Source: Massalongia carnosa (taxonomy: Eukaryota). From it: a stretch of 64,000 nucleotides of DNA. Location of the stretch: NCBI GenBank assembly GCA_965645245.1, contig OZ287074.1, positions 1,674,001 through 1,738,000 on the forward strand. Reading direction: 5' to 3'. Positions within the stretch are counted from its first letter, which is position 1. Every line of letters starts with the position of its first letter. The position numbers were made by a program, and so were the translations under genes. The notes under the pieces were generated by a model that was not told the origin of the DNA, did no database searches, and worked only from the letters and a program-made list of their open reading frames with translations. Shown here piece after piece: positions 23,904 through 33,869 of the stretch.

Positions 23904-23928
23904 ACTCTGCGCATCGTCGCGCGCAGAG
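23891..23928 (+). promoter_or_regulatory. -1 ribosomal frameshift signal
   Basis: G GGA AAC in gag phase, 7-nt spacer, 8-bp stem ctctgcgc/gcgcagag; same signal at 50208 in D. Confidence 0.85.
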
Positions 23929-26900
23929 CCCTATTTTAATTTCTTCTTGTCTGTTAGCCAACTCGTTTTCTCCCCCCCTTCAATCAAACACTCGTTTTTC
24001 CGCAGCCTCCGCTTTGGAGCTGTTTGAAACCGAAGAAGCGTTTCGAGATAGCCACCTAGTGGTATCATGTATCTTACGTTTAGGTAGATCTCGAATTCAA
24101 GCTCTCAATCTGATTGATTGTGGTGCATCTGGCTATGCATTCATTGACAAGAAGTTTGCGCAAACTCACCAAATCCCCCTTCATCCCCTCAAATACGCCC
24201 GACGCCTTGAAGGCTTCGACGGTCAGCCGGCTCTGACTGGAAATATCACTCATGTGGCCGAGGTAATCATGGACTTAAACGGACATGTAGAAAGATTATT
24301 CCTTTTCGTAACAGGACTGAAAACCTACCCCATCGTCCTGGGACACCCGTGGTTGCGACGACATCAAGCTCTCGCTGATTTCGAGTCCAACTCTCTCTCC
24401 CTGTCTTCCTCTTTCTGCCTGGCTCATTGTAGCCCTCATCCAGTCAAGGTGAAGGCCTACACGGGCGAGAAATTCCTATCTCCTGCGGAAAGTCAGGAAG
24501 TATGGGAATCGGAAAACTACTCGTCCAATAGTCAAATCCTGTCCGAAAAACCTGTCCTGTCCGATAAAACCACGCCGCGCGATAGTAAGACAACTTCTCT
24601 CGAAAATCAGGACATCAGTCGTATCGAAAAAGCGATTGAACAGGGCGACTCACCGAAAATCCGATATCGAAGTCCCTCTTCGTATCGCACCTCCACTCAG
24701 CGACATGCTGCCCAGCAGAATCGCAATCCTCCTGTTTTGGACGTCTGTGAAATCGGCGCCCTCAACTTCAACTATCTCGGACGAAAAAAGAGTCACGAGA
24801 TGTTTGCTCTCTCCTTGAAAGAAATCGATCACTTTCTCGGCCTGACTCAACCTGAACCTAAGCCTGAACCCAAACCCGAATCTCGCCTTCGTCAAGAGAC
24901 TGACTGGGCACACTCGAAACCAACCTACCAACCCAACCCCCGGTCCAGCCCTAGTGAAAAGAAATATCACTTAGCCCTGTTCCGTATGAACCAGGCTCTG
25001 ACACAGTTATGTTCAGTGACCGAACCCGAACCTCAACCCTTGACACTGCAATCATCAGTGACCGCCGAAGAACTGAACGCTTATCGTGAGCGAAAGAACG
25101 TCGACCCAGCCCCCCTTCTACCCAAACAGTATCACGACTTTCTGGATGTCTTCTCCAAAAAAGAATCGGACGTCCTGCCCGAACACCGACCCTACGACCA
25201 TGCCATAAAGCTAAAAGAAGGCTCTCCAATCCCGAATCAAGCTCTTTATGGCATGAGTCGAACCGAAATCGAAGAACTCCGACGCTACCTTGATGAGAAC
25301 CTGTCGAAAGGCTTCATCCGAGCTAGTAAATCCCCCGCTGCCTCCCCAGTCATGTTCGTAAAGAAGCCAGGAGGAGGACTTCGCTTCTGTGTCGACTATC
25401 GAGGCCTCAATGCCATCACGATTAAGAATCGGTATCCGCTTCCCCTGATCACCGAAACCCTGAATCGCCTGAGTCGGGCTAAGATATTCACCAAGCTGGA
25501 CATTATTTCAGCGTTCAATCGGCTCCGCATCAAGGAAGGAGATGAAGAACTCACCGCATTCAGAACCCGTTTTGGCCTCTTCGAATCCCTGGTCCTACCA
25601 TTCGGCCTCTGTAACGGCCCCGCCTCCTTTCAACACTTCATCAATGATACTCTTCGAGAGTATCTCGACGACTTTTGCACGGCCTATCTAGATGACATTC
25701 TCATCTACAGCGAAATTGAAAGCGAGCATGAAATCCACGTCAAACGTATCCTCATCAAGCTGAGAGAAGCCGGGCTGCAAGTAGACATCACCAAATGCAA
25801 ATTTCATGTCACAGAAGTTGCCTATCTCGGACTAATCGTAACCACCGAGGGAATCAAAATGGACCCCGCTAAAATCGAAACAGTAACTCATTGGCCAATA
25901 CCGATCAATATGAAAGATGTACAAAGCTTTCTGGGATTTGCTAACTTCTATAGACGATTCGTATACGGCTTTAGTAAGATAGCCGGCCCACTGACGAATC
26001 TAACCAAAAAGGAGGTCAGCTTTCAATGGACTGACAAATGTCAACAGGCATTCGAAACTCTAAAAAAAGCTTTCACCTCGGAACTAATACTGATGCATTT
26101 CGATCCCGATCGTCCTATCATCGTGGAAACCGATGCTTCGGACTACGTCTCTGGTGGTATCCTTTCTCAGTATGACAACGAGAACGTGCTTCGCCCCATC
26201 GCATACTTCTCCAAGAAACACAACCCGGCCGAATGCAATTATGAGATCTATGACAAGGAACTCATGGCCATCGTCCGATGCTTCGAAGAATGGAGACCGG
26301 AATTGGAAGGTTCTGCTCACCCCATCAGCGTTATCTCAGATCATAAGAATTTGGAATACTTCGCTTCAACCAAACAACTCAGTCGTCGTCAAGCTCGCTG
26401 GTCCGAATTCTTATCCCGATTTGACTTTAAAATAGTCTATCGACCCGGAAAAGCTGGTGGAAAACCAGATGCACTGACTCGTCGCTCAGGAGACCTCCCT
26501 AAAGAGGGGGATGAAACTGATGAAAGACATAAACATCAGCATCAAACCATCCTGAAAACTCATAACCTGGACGACGAAGTGGCGAAAAGTTTCTTATCCA
26601 CGATTATCCTAGCCCCCGCGTTCATCGAACAGGATCCCGAGTCCGTTGAACATGATCACGAGTTCATTGAACCTGAACCACAGCTGGATCAGCCTGCCGA
26701 GCAAACCAATCCTGGCCAAGACCCGACCGACGTCCCAACTCAGCTGTTATGGGAACAAGCTCTGGAACAGGATCAATTCTCTCTGAAAGTTCTAGACATG
26801 CTTCGCAATAATGTCAGATATCATAACGGCATTCAGCTAGCCGAATGTGAAGATAAAGAAGGGATTCTTTATTTTCGAAACCGTCGATACGTCCCCAATT

Positions 26901-28282
26901 CGGATCGGCTCCGTCTCCGTCTCATTCAACAGGCACACGACAGCGTAGCAGGTGGCCATCCCGGTCGTTCCAAATGCTACGAACTAATGAATCGATCATA
27001 CTGGTGGCCCAGTATGCATCAAACCGTCAAACGATTCATTCGTAACTGTCACACCTGTAGACGATCCAAACCATCCCGCCAACGATACCAAGGATGGCTA
27101 CGCCCTCTGTCCCCACCCGAACGTCGATGGCGTGACGTTTCCATGGACTACGTAGGTCCGCTGCCTCCGAGCACCTTCATGGGTATAACCTATCGTTATA
27201 TCCTCGTCTTCATCGATCGCCTTTCCAAGATGCGACATTTCGTCCCCACCACCTCCATGGAGGTAGAAGAGGCTGCTAATTCCTTCTACCAAAATGTATG
27301 GAAATTACACGGTCTCCCAGACGCCTTGATTTCGGATCGAGGCACCCAATTCACCTCCGATTTCTGGGACATCATGTGTAAACGGCTTAGAATTGATGCT
27401 AGGCTATCAACCAGTTTTCATCCCGAGACAGATGGCCAAACCGAGAGGGCTAATGCAACCATGGAGCACTATCTTCGGGCATACGTCAATTACATGCAAG
27501 ATGACTGGGCCCAGTACTTACCCGGTGCCGAATTCTCCAGCAATAACACCGACTCCTCCAGCATTCTCGCCTCTCCCTTCCTGGCTAATTATGGACAACA
27601 CCCCAGGGTAGGATTCGAACCCGAAGGGCCCCTTCCGCAAGACCTGACCGCCCAGGGAATCGCTAACCTGATCGCCGCCAATCGATTCGTAGACAAGATG
27701 CGAGACGTAGACACTCACCTACGAGAAGAGATGTTGATCGCGCAGGCCTCATACGAATCTTCCGCCAATGAGAACCGCCGTCCCTGTCCTCGTTATCTTG
27801 TAGGAGACATGGTATGGCTGAACACCCGAAATATCCAGACAGCCCGTCCGGCAGCCAAACTGGACGATCGAAATGTCGGTCCTTACCGAGTCTGTAAGGT
27901 GTTCGCCAACCCTCTTGTTGTTCAACTGGAACTCCCCGACACGGTTAAAATTCATCCGGTCTTTCATGTAAATCTGCTACAACACGACGCAGACGACCCC
28001 CTCCCAGGACAAATTCCCGAGCTTCGCGACCCAATAATAGCCGAAGATGGACAGCGAGAATGGTATGTCAACAGCATTCTGAACTCGAAACTGGACAGAC
28101 GTTATCAACCTCCGCTTCTCAAGTATTTCGTCAACTGGGAAGGACATACCCCCACCTGGGAGCCATTTCACCTACTAACCAACTGTCAACAAGCTCTGGA
28201 CGAATTCCACGAAGCCTATCCTGGTGCATCCGGCCCACATCTCACCCCCTGTTCCATTCCTCGATGTCGCTGTCATGAATAA
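23891..28282 (+). CDS. pol: Pol of element C (PR-RT-RH-IN-chromodomain)
   Basis: Open in -1 frame from GGGAAAC; LIDCGA, YLDD, ETDASD, GGHPG/CHTC, DGQTE, YFVNWEG..TWEP. Confidence 0.96.
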   Translation, partial: GKRLDSAHRRAQSPILISSCLLANSFSPPLQSNTRFSAASALELFETEEAFRDSHLVVSCILRLGRSRIQALNLIDCGASGYAFIDKKFAQTHQIPLHPLKYARRLEGFDGQPALTGNITHVAEVIMDLNGHVERLFLFVTGLKTYPIVLGHPWLRRHQALADFESNSLSLSSSFCLAHCSPHPVKVKAYTGEKFLSPAESQEVWESENYSSNSQILSEKPVLSDKTTPRDSKTTSLENQDISRIEKAIEQGDSPKIRYRSPSSYRTSTQRHAAQQNRNPPVLDVCEIGALNFNYLGRKKSHEMFALSLKEIDHFLGLTQPEPKPEPKPESRLRQETDWAHSKPTYQPNPRSSPSEKKYHLALFRMNQALTQLCSVTEPEPQPLTLQSSVTAEELNAYRERKNVDPAPLLPKQYHDFLDVFSKKESDVLPEHRPYDHAIKLKEGSPIPNQALYGMSRTEIEELRRYLDENLSKGFIRASKSPAASPVMFVKKPGGGLRFCVDYRGLNAITIKNRYPLPLITETLNRLSRAKIFTKLDIISAFNRLRIKEGDEELTAFRTRFGLFESLVLPFGLCNGPASFQHFINDTLREYLDDFCTAYLDDILIYSEIESEHEIHVKRILIKLREAGLQVDITKCKFHVTEVAYLGLIVTTEGIKMDPAKIETVTHWPIPINMKDVQSFLGFANFYRRFVYGFSKIAGPLTNLTKKEVSFQWTDKCQQAFETLKKAFTSELILMHFDPDRPIIVETDASDYVSGGILSQYDNENVLRPIAYFSKKHNPAECNYEIYDKELMAIVRCFEEWRPELEGSAHPISVISDHKNLEYFASTKQLSRRQARWSEFLSRFDFKIVYRPGKAGGKPDALTRRSGDLPKEGDETDERHKHQHQTILKTHNLDDEVAKSFLSTIILAPAFIEQDPESVEHDHEFIEPEPQLDQPAEQTNPGQDPTDVPTQLLWEQALEQDQFSLKVLDMLRNNVRYHNGIQLAECEDKEGILYFRNRRYVPNSDRLRLRLIQQAHDSVAGGHPGRSKCYELMNRSYWWPSMHQTVKRFIRNCHTCRRSKPSRQRYQGWLRPLSPPERRWRDVSMDYVGPLPPSTFMGITYRYILVFIDRLSKMRHFVPTTSMEVEEAANSFYQNVWKLHGLPDALISDRGTQFTSDFWDIMCKRLRIDARLSTSFHPETDGQTERANATMEHYLRAYVNYMQDDWAQYLPGAEFSSNNTDSSSILASPFLANYGQHPRVGFEPEGPLPQDLTAQGIANLIAANRFVDKMRDVDTHLREEMLIAQASYESSANENRRPCPRYLVGDMVWLNTRNIQTARPAAKLDDRNVGPYRVCKVFANPLVVQLELPDTVKIHPVFHVNLLQHDADDPLPGQIPELRDPIIAEDGQREWYVNSILNSKLDRRYQPPLLKYFVNWEGHTPTWEPFHLLTNCQQALDEFHEAYPGASGPHLTPCSIPRCRCHE

Positions 28283-28860
28283 AACTGCTTCGCAGGAGCT
28301 CAGCTCTTGAAAGGGGAGCTACTGTCATGAAATCGAACCAACCCGATCCAGAATCAATCCCGCAGATGAATCTGACTAAGCTCCCGTTCCTCTATTCAGC
28401 TTAGTCAGAATCTCATTAACTAAATCGAGTTTAGACCCCTCTCAACGGCTTCAGGTCAAAGCTGTACCATCACCATCAAAGCGTACCAACGACAGGAGAA
28501 CCTCATCTCCACCTTTTATCGTCAAACACCTCGTCAAACCTTCGTGCCGTACGTCTCCTAATAGGGGGAGATGAACACTGATCGAATCTTCATGCAAAGG
28601 GGTTCGAGACAAATATAAAAGGAAGGACAAGTTAATTAGATTGTTGACTCCTTGTCCGACGTCTTGTATAGCAATCCATCACCTAGCTATAGCCTTATTA
28701 ATAAAGACATCTTGATCACCCAATCCAATTCCTAGGAACATTAGTTCAATCCCCTGCCCAGTCCTTGACAGTATAACTTACCGAAGGCGGATCGTAACAG
28801 ATACCAAAAATCGTACGATTCGTCATAAACGGGATTGGGTTTTCCGTAGAGAAACTCGAC

Positions 28861-29010
28861 TACGCCGCGCAACGGATCGGGTTTCTTTACTGAAAACATA
28901 ACCCGTTTGTGGCGAACCCTATGATTTTTGGTGTCCTGGTTGAGTTTGAAAGAAAGACCCGGTGGCGAAAAAGCAATTTTGTGGCAAAACCTAACCCGTT
29001 GCGCGGCGTA
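28861..29010. mobile_element. ~150-bp MITE (copy 1)
   Basis: TIR tacgccgcgcaacgg...ccgttgcgcggcgta; inverted homolog of 42989-43140; an older fragment of the same family lies at 28801-28860. Confidence 0.88.
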
Positions 29011-29220
29011 AATATGTTTATTTTTAACGGGTTTTTTAGACGTTTTAAAAACATTTAAGTTTTATTGAAATTCGGGAAATTAAATTTTCAAGAAGTGTTG
29101 ATTAGTAAGCAAATTCTGATCATTTCAAACGTTATATTTTCGTCGAATTTTTATAACGTAATTTACCGCTATTCGGAATACCCGCTTATTCGGAACTAAC
29201 AAATTTGATACCAACCTTCG

Positions 29221-30239
29221 TGTAATGGGCTACGAGACCAGTAAGCTAATCACGAGCGACACTGATCTCGATAGGGGAAATGCTCAGCGTGAGAGGTGGA
29301 AGATAGCTACTACGTGCTAGTCTCCGAGAGTATACGAGATCCAAAGAACTAATAGAAGTGGAAGTGCTCAGACCAAGAGATCTCGTCCGAGACCCAAACG
29401 TAGGTTGTTCATAGAATAAAGACTAATTGCTAACGAATACTACAGGATTCGTTCTGGTATTTATCCTACTCACCCCAAGCCTATAGCCTTGGGAGCCTTG
29501 GAACCTTAGGAGCCTTGCAACCCACTTCTGACCTTATCGCCTTACATCTAACTATCCCTCAGGATCCATCTACGAACTCGGCGTTCGCTGGATCATCTAG
29601 TCAGCCTCGAGCAGCCTTCTAGACCTTCCCTTGCAAGGTAGAACACTTCTACCTCCGGCTAGATCCCTCACTACATTGCTAGCCCGCCTCTAAACATAAA
29701 GTCTAGACGCCGAGGCTATGTAGCTTCATTTCGCCGTCACCACTACCAACGTAGCGATGGAAGGTTACCTCCGACTGAATCTCTATCTACACTGCGGACC
29801 TGCCTCTAGACACAAGGTCTAGACCACAAGGTCATGTAGGTTGATTCAGCCGACATCACTACCAACGTAGCAATAAAGGTTGAAGCTGAAGTTTACACCG
29901 GGGAGGCCGAGCTCAAGCTGCGTCCAGCTAGCCGTGCCTCCTGCTACAACTCTTGATCCATCAAGAGATCGAGTAGCTCCGAGTAGGCCAGCAGATCCCA
30001 TATAGAGTTCGCGGCTTCTCCACAGGAGTACACCTTACTCCATGGCAATCTACCACCACGGCCTCGACAGGTGTTTGATCTGTAAGCAGTCTAGAACGTA
30101 GGATTCGGAGTTGTATGGCAAGGTGGCGTCGTGTCAACCTCGACGGCTGTGCGACTAAGTACTACGGCCTAGCTCATGCTAGTTAATCCCACAACCGCCG
30201 TAGGCGATCACGTATCCTTCTAGCGCCATCCGTATTACA
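29221..30239. mobile_element. Solo LTR H (1019 bp)
   Basis: tgtaat...attaca, TSD CTTCG; inverted homolog at 43412-44429. Confidence 0.88.
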
Positions 30240-31334
30240 CTTCGTAATTTATTATCACCGCCGCATCCACAAAACTTCCAGCACATGTACTCGGGAATTG
30301 ATGAACAGGTTCTAGAGAACATATGTAACGAGCATAAGCTTGTAGAGCTATACTTTACGAGTGTTACGAATAACACGACCGCGTGAGCTAACCCGAACCT
30401 CTAAAACTTCCTCCTTCTCCCCCTTTCCTACAATTTCCAAATCCCCCTGTACCAACTCAGTAGTATTTTTCTTTCTTGATATATATTTTCGTTTATTCAG
30501 AGCAGTTTTTTAAACCCTAGGTCATCCTCAACTGTCTCCTCAAAAATATTAGGTGTAATCTGAAGAAGGTCGTGAAAAGCGTTTTGAAAGATAGAATCGT
30601 CTCGTTTCTTATTTTTAGGTAAAGATCGAGATGTTACAGGATCAGGCCCGTATATCAGGTCGGGTTCAAGTCGCATAAGGTCTTTAGATACCTGAGAAAA
30701 TAATCGATCGTTCTGTTTTTCTTTCCTTACCTATGATCTAGCCTCTTTCTCATTTTTCTTATTTTCAGCTAATCGTCGGCTAGTCGCTCGCTTAATCCTC
30801 TCCCTCCAAGAAGCATCCGCTTCTAGTCGGGGAAAGCAAACTTCGTAGGAAAGCGAAGCTACGTAGGCTCGCAACGTTAAACTACTACCACATCACTAAA
30901 GCACCACCGCATCATTTAAATTACTATTACATTTACTATCACATTATTATATTAGGGTACGGATAGAAGCACACCCCTTTGGTTACCCACACACCCCCCT
31001 CGGTTACCCACACACCCCCGGTGGTTACCCACGCACCCTACCCTAAAGTAGCTTAAGTTTCTTCGGCCACTTTCCCTTATTGGCTGACCACCTTTCCTAA
31101 CTAGGTTACACCCGTTTGCAAAATGGTGTGCCGAACTTTGAACCCCGAAACTGCGCGGTAAAAAAAAAAATAATAAGCGACAGAATTGGACCACACACTA
31201 GAATTTGGTGCAGTACATAGCTAATAGCCCTCCTCCCCTTCACACTGCCCTTTGCAGTCTATAGGATAATATAGTTAATGATATCCTTTTGATTGTCGTT
31301 TGTATGAACTTTCAACGTAGTTATTCCAGTCATC

Positions 31335-32151
31335 ATGCCTCGAAAACAGCCTCCTAAACAGCCTTCAAAACAGCCCCCCAAACAGCCCTCCAAACAATCA
31401 TGAAAACGAGCATCTACTACTGAATTACCTAGGAACTCAGCACCTTCATTTAAACAAAGGCTTAGAATCAATCCTCCTAGATCATCATCACCAGTTTTAA
31501 ATGCCCGTATTCCTGATCTTCTATCACGTCCACCTTTACCATCTCCTCCAGCTTCTCCTTCGGCTTCGCCTTTACCTCCTCATCGTCTCCTCCTCCCCGA
31601 GCCAAGGAATGTTCGTCCGACTCGCAGTAGTACGCCTTCTCCTTGTCTTTCCGAGCTATCTAGTGCTCCTGAACCTGAGCCTGAGCCTGAGCCCGAGCCT
31701 GTTTTGTTTACTCTGATTTACAAACCAAACCATTCAGCAGTGGAAAGGTACTGTTTATGAGGAAAAATGGGAGAAAATGGGAATCGAACCTGGCATCGGC
31801 ATACGTTTGGCTCGCGATGTCAGCAAATTTGCTAGACAATTGAAGCAGCAATCATCCGAGCACGATTCTGAACCTATAATTGTTCCTCCTCCTCCATCAG
31901 AATCACGTTCCTCCAGTCAATCTTTGCCAAAGAATTTCCGGCCAAGCTTCAATGTACGTCCGCTAACTACTAGGACTACACAAAAGGCTTTGAATGACGA
32001 GGAGGAGGGAGAGGAGAAGGAGGAGGACCTTGACGAGGACGAGGAGGAGGAAGAGGAGGAGGACAATCAGGAGGACGAGGAGGACGAGGATGACGAGGAG
32101 GATGAGGAGGATGAGGAGGACGAGGAGGATGATACGGAAGACAGTAGCTGA
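31335..32151 (+). pseudogene. Second (cargo) ORF remnant in Tc1 element: Pro/Ser-rich N-terminus, MGIEPGIGIRLARDVSKF core, acidic tail
   Basis: ATG at 31335, broken frame; intact C-terminal ORF 31777-32151 converging on transposase stop at 32176. Confidence 0.55.
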
Positions 32152-32175
32152 TGAGGAAATTGATTTTTATGAGTT

Positions 32176-33510
32176 TTATTCAATACTAGACTGTCGAAAC
32201 AATGCACCTGCATCATGTGAAACATCTTCACTTATAGCCTGTAGTGCTATGAAAATATAGCTTCACTTTGTAGGTATAATAGCATGATTGTCATTGAAGG
32301 TGTGGATTATATGTGAGCTATCTACTCATTATATAGCAGTCACATTGAAGACTTTCCGGCGACCCTCTTTCATAGGGAGTCAGCTGGTCCACTGATTCTC
32401 GGTCCCCAGAGGTCACTTCGGCCCCCGTGGTAGGGTCACCAAAGATAGGCACTAGACGGATGCCCATGATGGTAGTCTAACAGTTCTTACCATCTAACAC
32501 TTACCCTCTAACAGTTCTTACCATCTAATAACTAGATGAATGTTAGATGTTAGTCCTTACCATCTAACAAGTGCATATTCTAAAAATCTCCCAAATCCAC
32601 CAGATTCCTCTATATATAAATCAATTAAACTACTGTGACGTTTAATCCAGGCCTTAAGAATAGAGAATGAAGTCTCTATTGGATTAAAATCGGGTGATTA
32701 CGGAGGCAAATGAACCAGCAAAACATATGCATCCTGACACATGATCCTCAATTCCTCACTCCAATGTATAGAGGCATTATCCATAATCAAAACCGAACGA
32801 GGACCATTACCTCCAGCGCAGTATGGTAAAGCCTTGAGCCTGACGAATTCATTCAGAATATCTGATATTATAGAGCCATGATGCACCTCCCAAGCTATGA
32901 AACCGTCGATGGTGAACGCTAGTAATATACTCCATCTCTTAGAAAGTTTGAGCGCTTGAATCATGGTCGGTTTGATTCCTGGTGCGGCCCATCCATATCG
33001 ACGATCACCTAAAGTAATAACAATTAGCAAAGAAACTGAAGTTCTTCAAATAGTACTGACCAGTATGCTCGCATGTAGCGCTTTCGTCCAGAAAATCAAC
33101 TGATCAGCCCTCCATCCTCCCAGTCTAATCATCTTCTCATCACGCAAAGATTGGTTGCGTTGTTATGCTATACGAATAGCCATCTTTCGATTCCAGGCCA
33201 TCTGCTTAAGAGTTCGAGAAACCGTAGACTCGCTCACCAAGACGTCGAATTCATCATACAAAAACCAGCATATCTCGTCCAAATAAGAGGTAGGTCTCTG
33301 ATCCAGATACATGAGTAGTTGCTCGATTTGTTGTTGATTCATTTTCTTGCGCCGGCCACTAGCAAGCTGAGGTTTTGCAACCTCACTAAAATGTTCCCAA
33401 TTATGTCTCATCTTACGTAGTTGTCTAATGCTGACACCAGTAGCATCTTCATCCGATTCCAGTCTGAACTTTATAGCCTGGCGTTTGATGATGCTGAATG
33501 ATCGTCCCAT
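32176..33510 (-). pseudogene. Tc1 transposase, disrupted
   Basis: HTH (YLDEI..VSESTVSRTLK), FLDESA, IMDNASIH-x-LPP*SPDFNPIE giving D(34)E; C-terminus rejoins across the 32248-32569 insert. Confidence 0.9.
32248..32569. mobile_element. Solo LTR (322 bp) in Tc1 transposase
   Basis: t(a)tgaaa...ctaaca, TSD AGTGC; removal restores GFGRFLEYALQAIS..LFRQSSIE*. Confidence 0.8.
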
Positions 33511-33869
33511 GTTTGCTTTTGAAACTACGAGGTAGCAAGAGTAAAGATCTACATGAAAACACTACATATCATTTATCCTACAGACTGCAAAAGGTGGTGT
33601 GAAAGGGAGGAGGGTCATTAGCTACTGCACCAAATTCTGCTGTGTGGTCCAATTCTGTCGCTTAATATTTTTTTTTACCGCGCAGTTTCGGGGTTCAAAG
33701 TTCGGCACACCATTTTGCAAACGGGTGTAAGCCGTTAAACTTTTTCCCACAACCTAATATTTTACTTAATCACCTGGCACGTGCCAAGCTGTACACCCCT
33801 TGCCAGCTCTGACCCAACTTTTTCAAACGGAGTCGATTGAGACCATCTTCGTCAATCAGACCACGATTT

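Larger units (their letters stand above)
22192..28770 (+). mobile_element. Ty3/Gypsy chromovirus LTR retrotransposon C, intact
   Basis: 448-bp LTRs 22192-22639 and 28323-28770 with no difference seen, TSD GTATA, PPT gaaaggggag. Confidence 0.98.
16771..28799 (-). mobile_element. Degenerate non-autonomous LTR element I (gag-like, no RT/RH/IN seen), host of a MULE and of element C
   Basis: Diverged LTRs 16771-17303 and 21702-22191+28776-28799 (tgtaagattcc...atcgtaaca); flanks TACTC/GATAC do not match. Confidence 0.85.
31109..33727 (-). mobile_element. Tc1-type (DD34E) transposon with ~160-bp TIRs
   Basis: TA|cacccgtttgcaaaatggtgtgcc...cgggtg|TA. Confidence 0.93.

Noticed and set aside
28861..29010. 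MITE as Tc1/mariner-derived with TA TSD
   Set aside because: The copy at 42989 shows an 8-bp TSD, so the TA is part of the TIR
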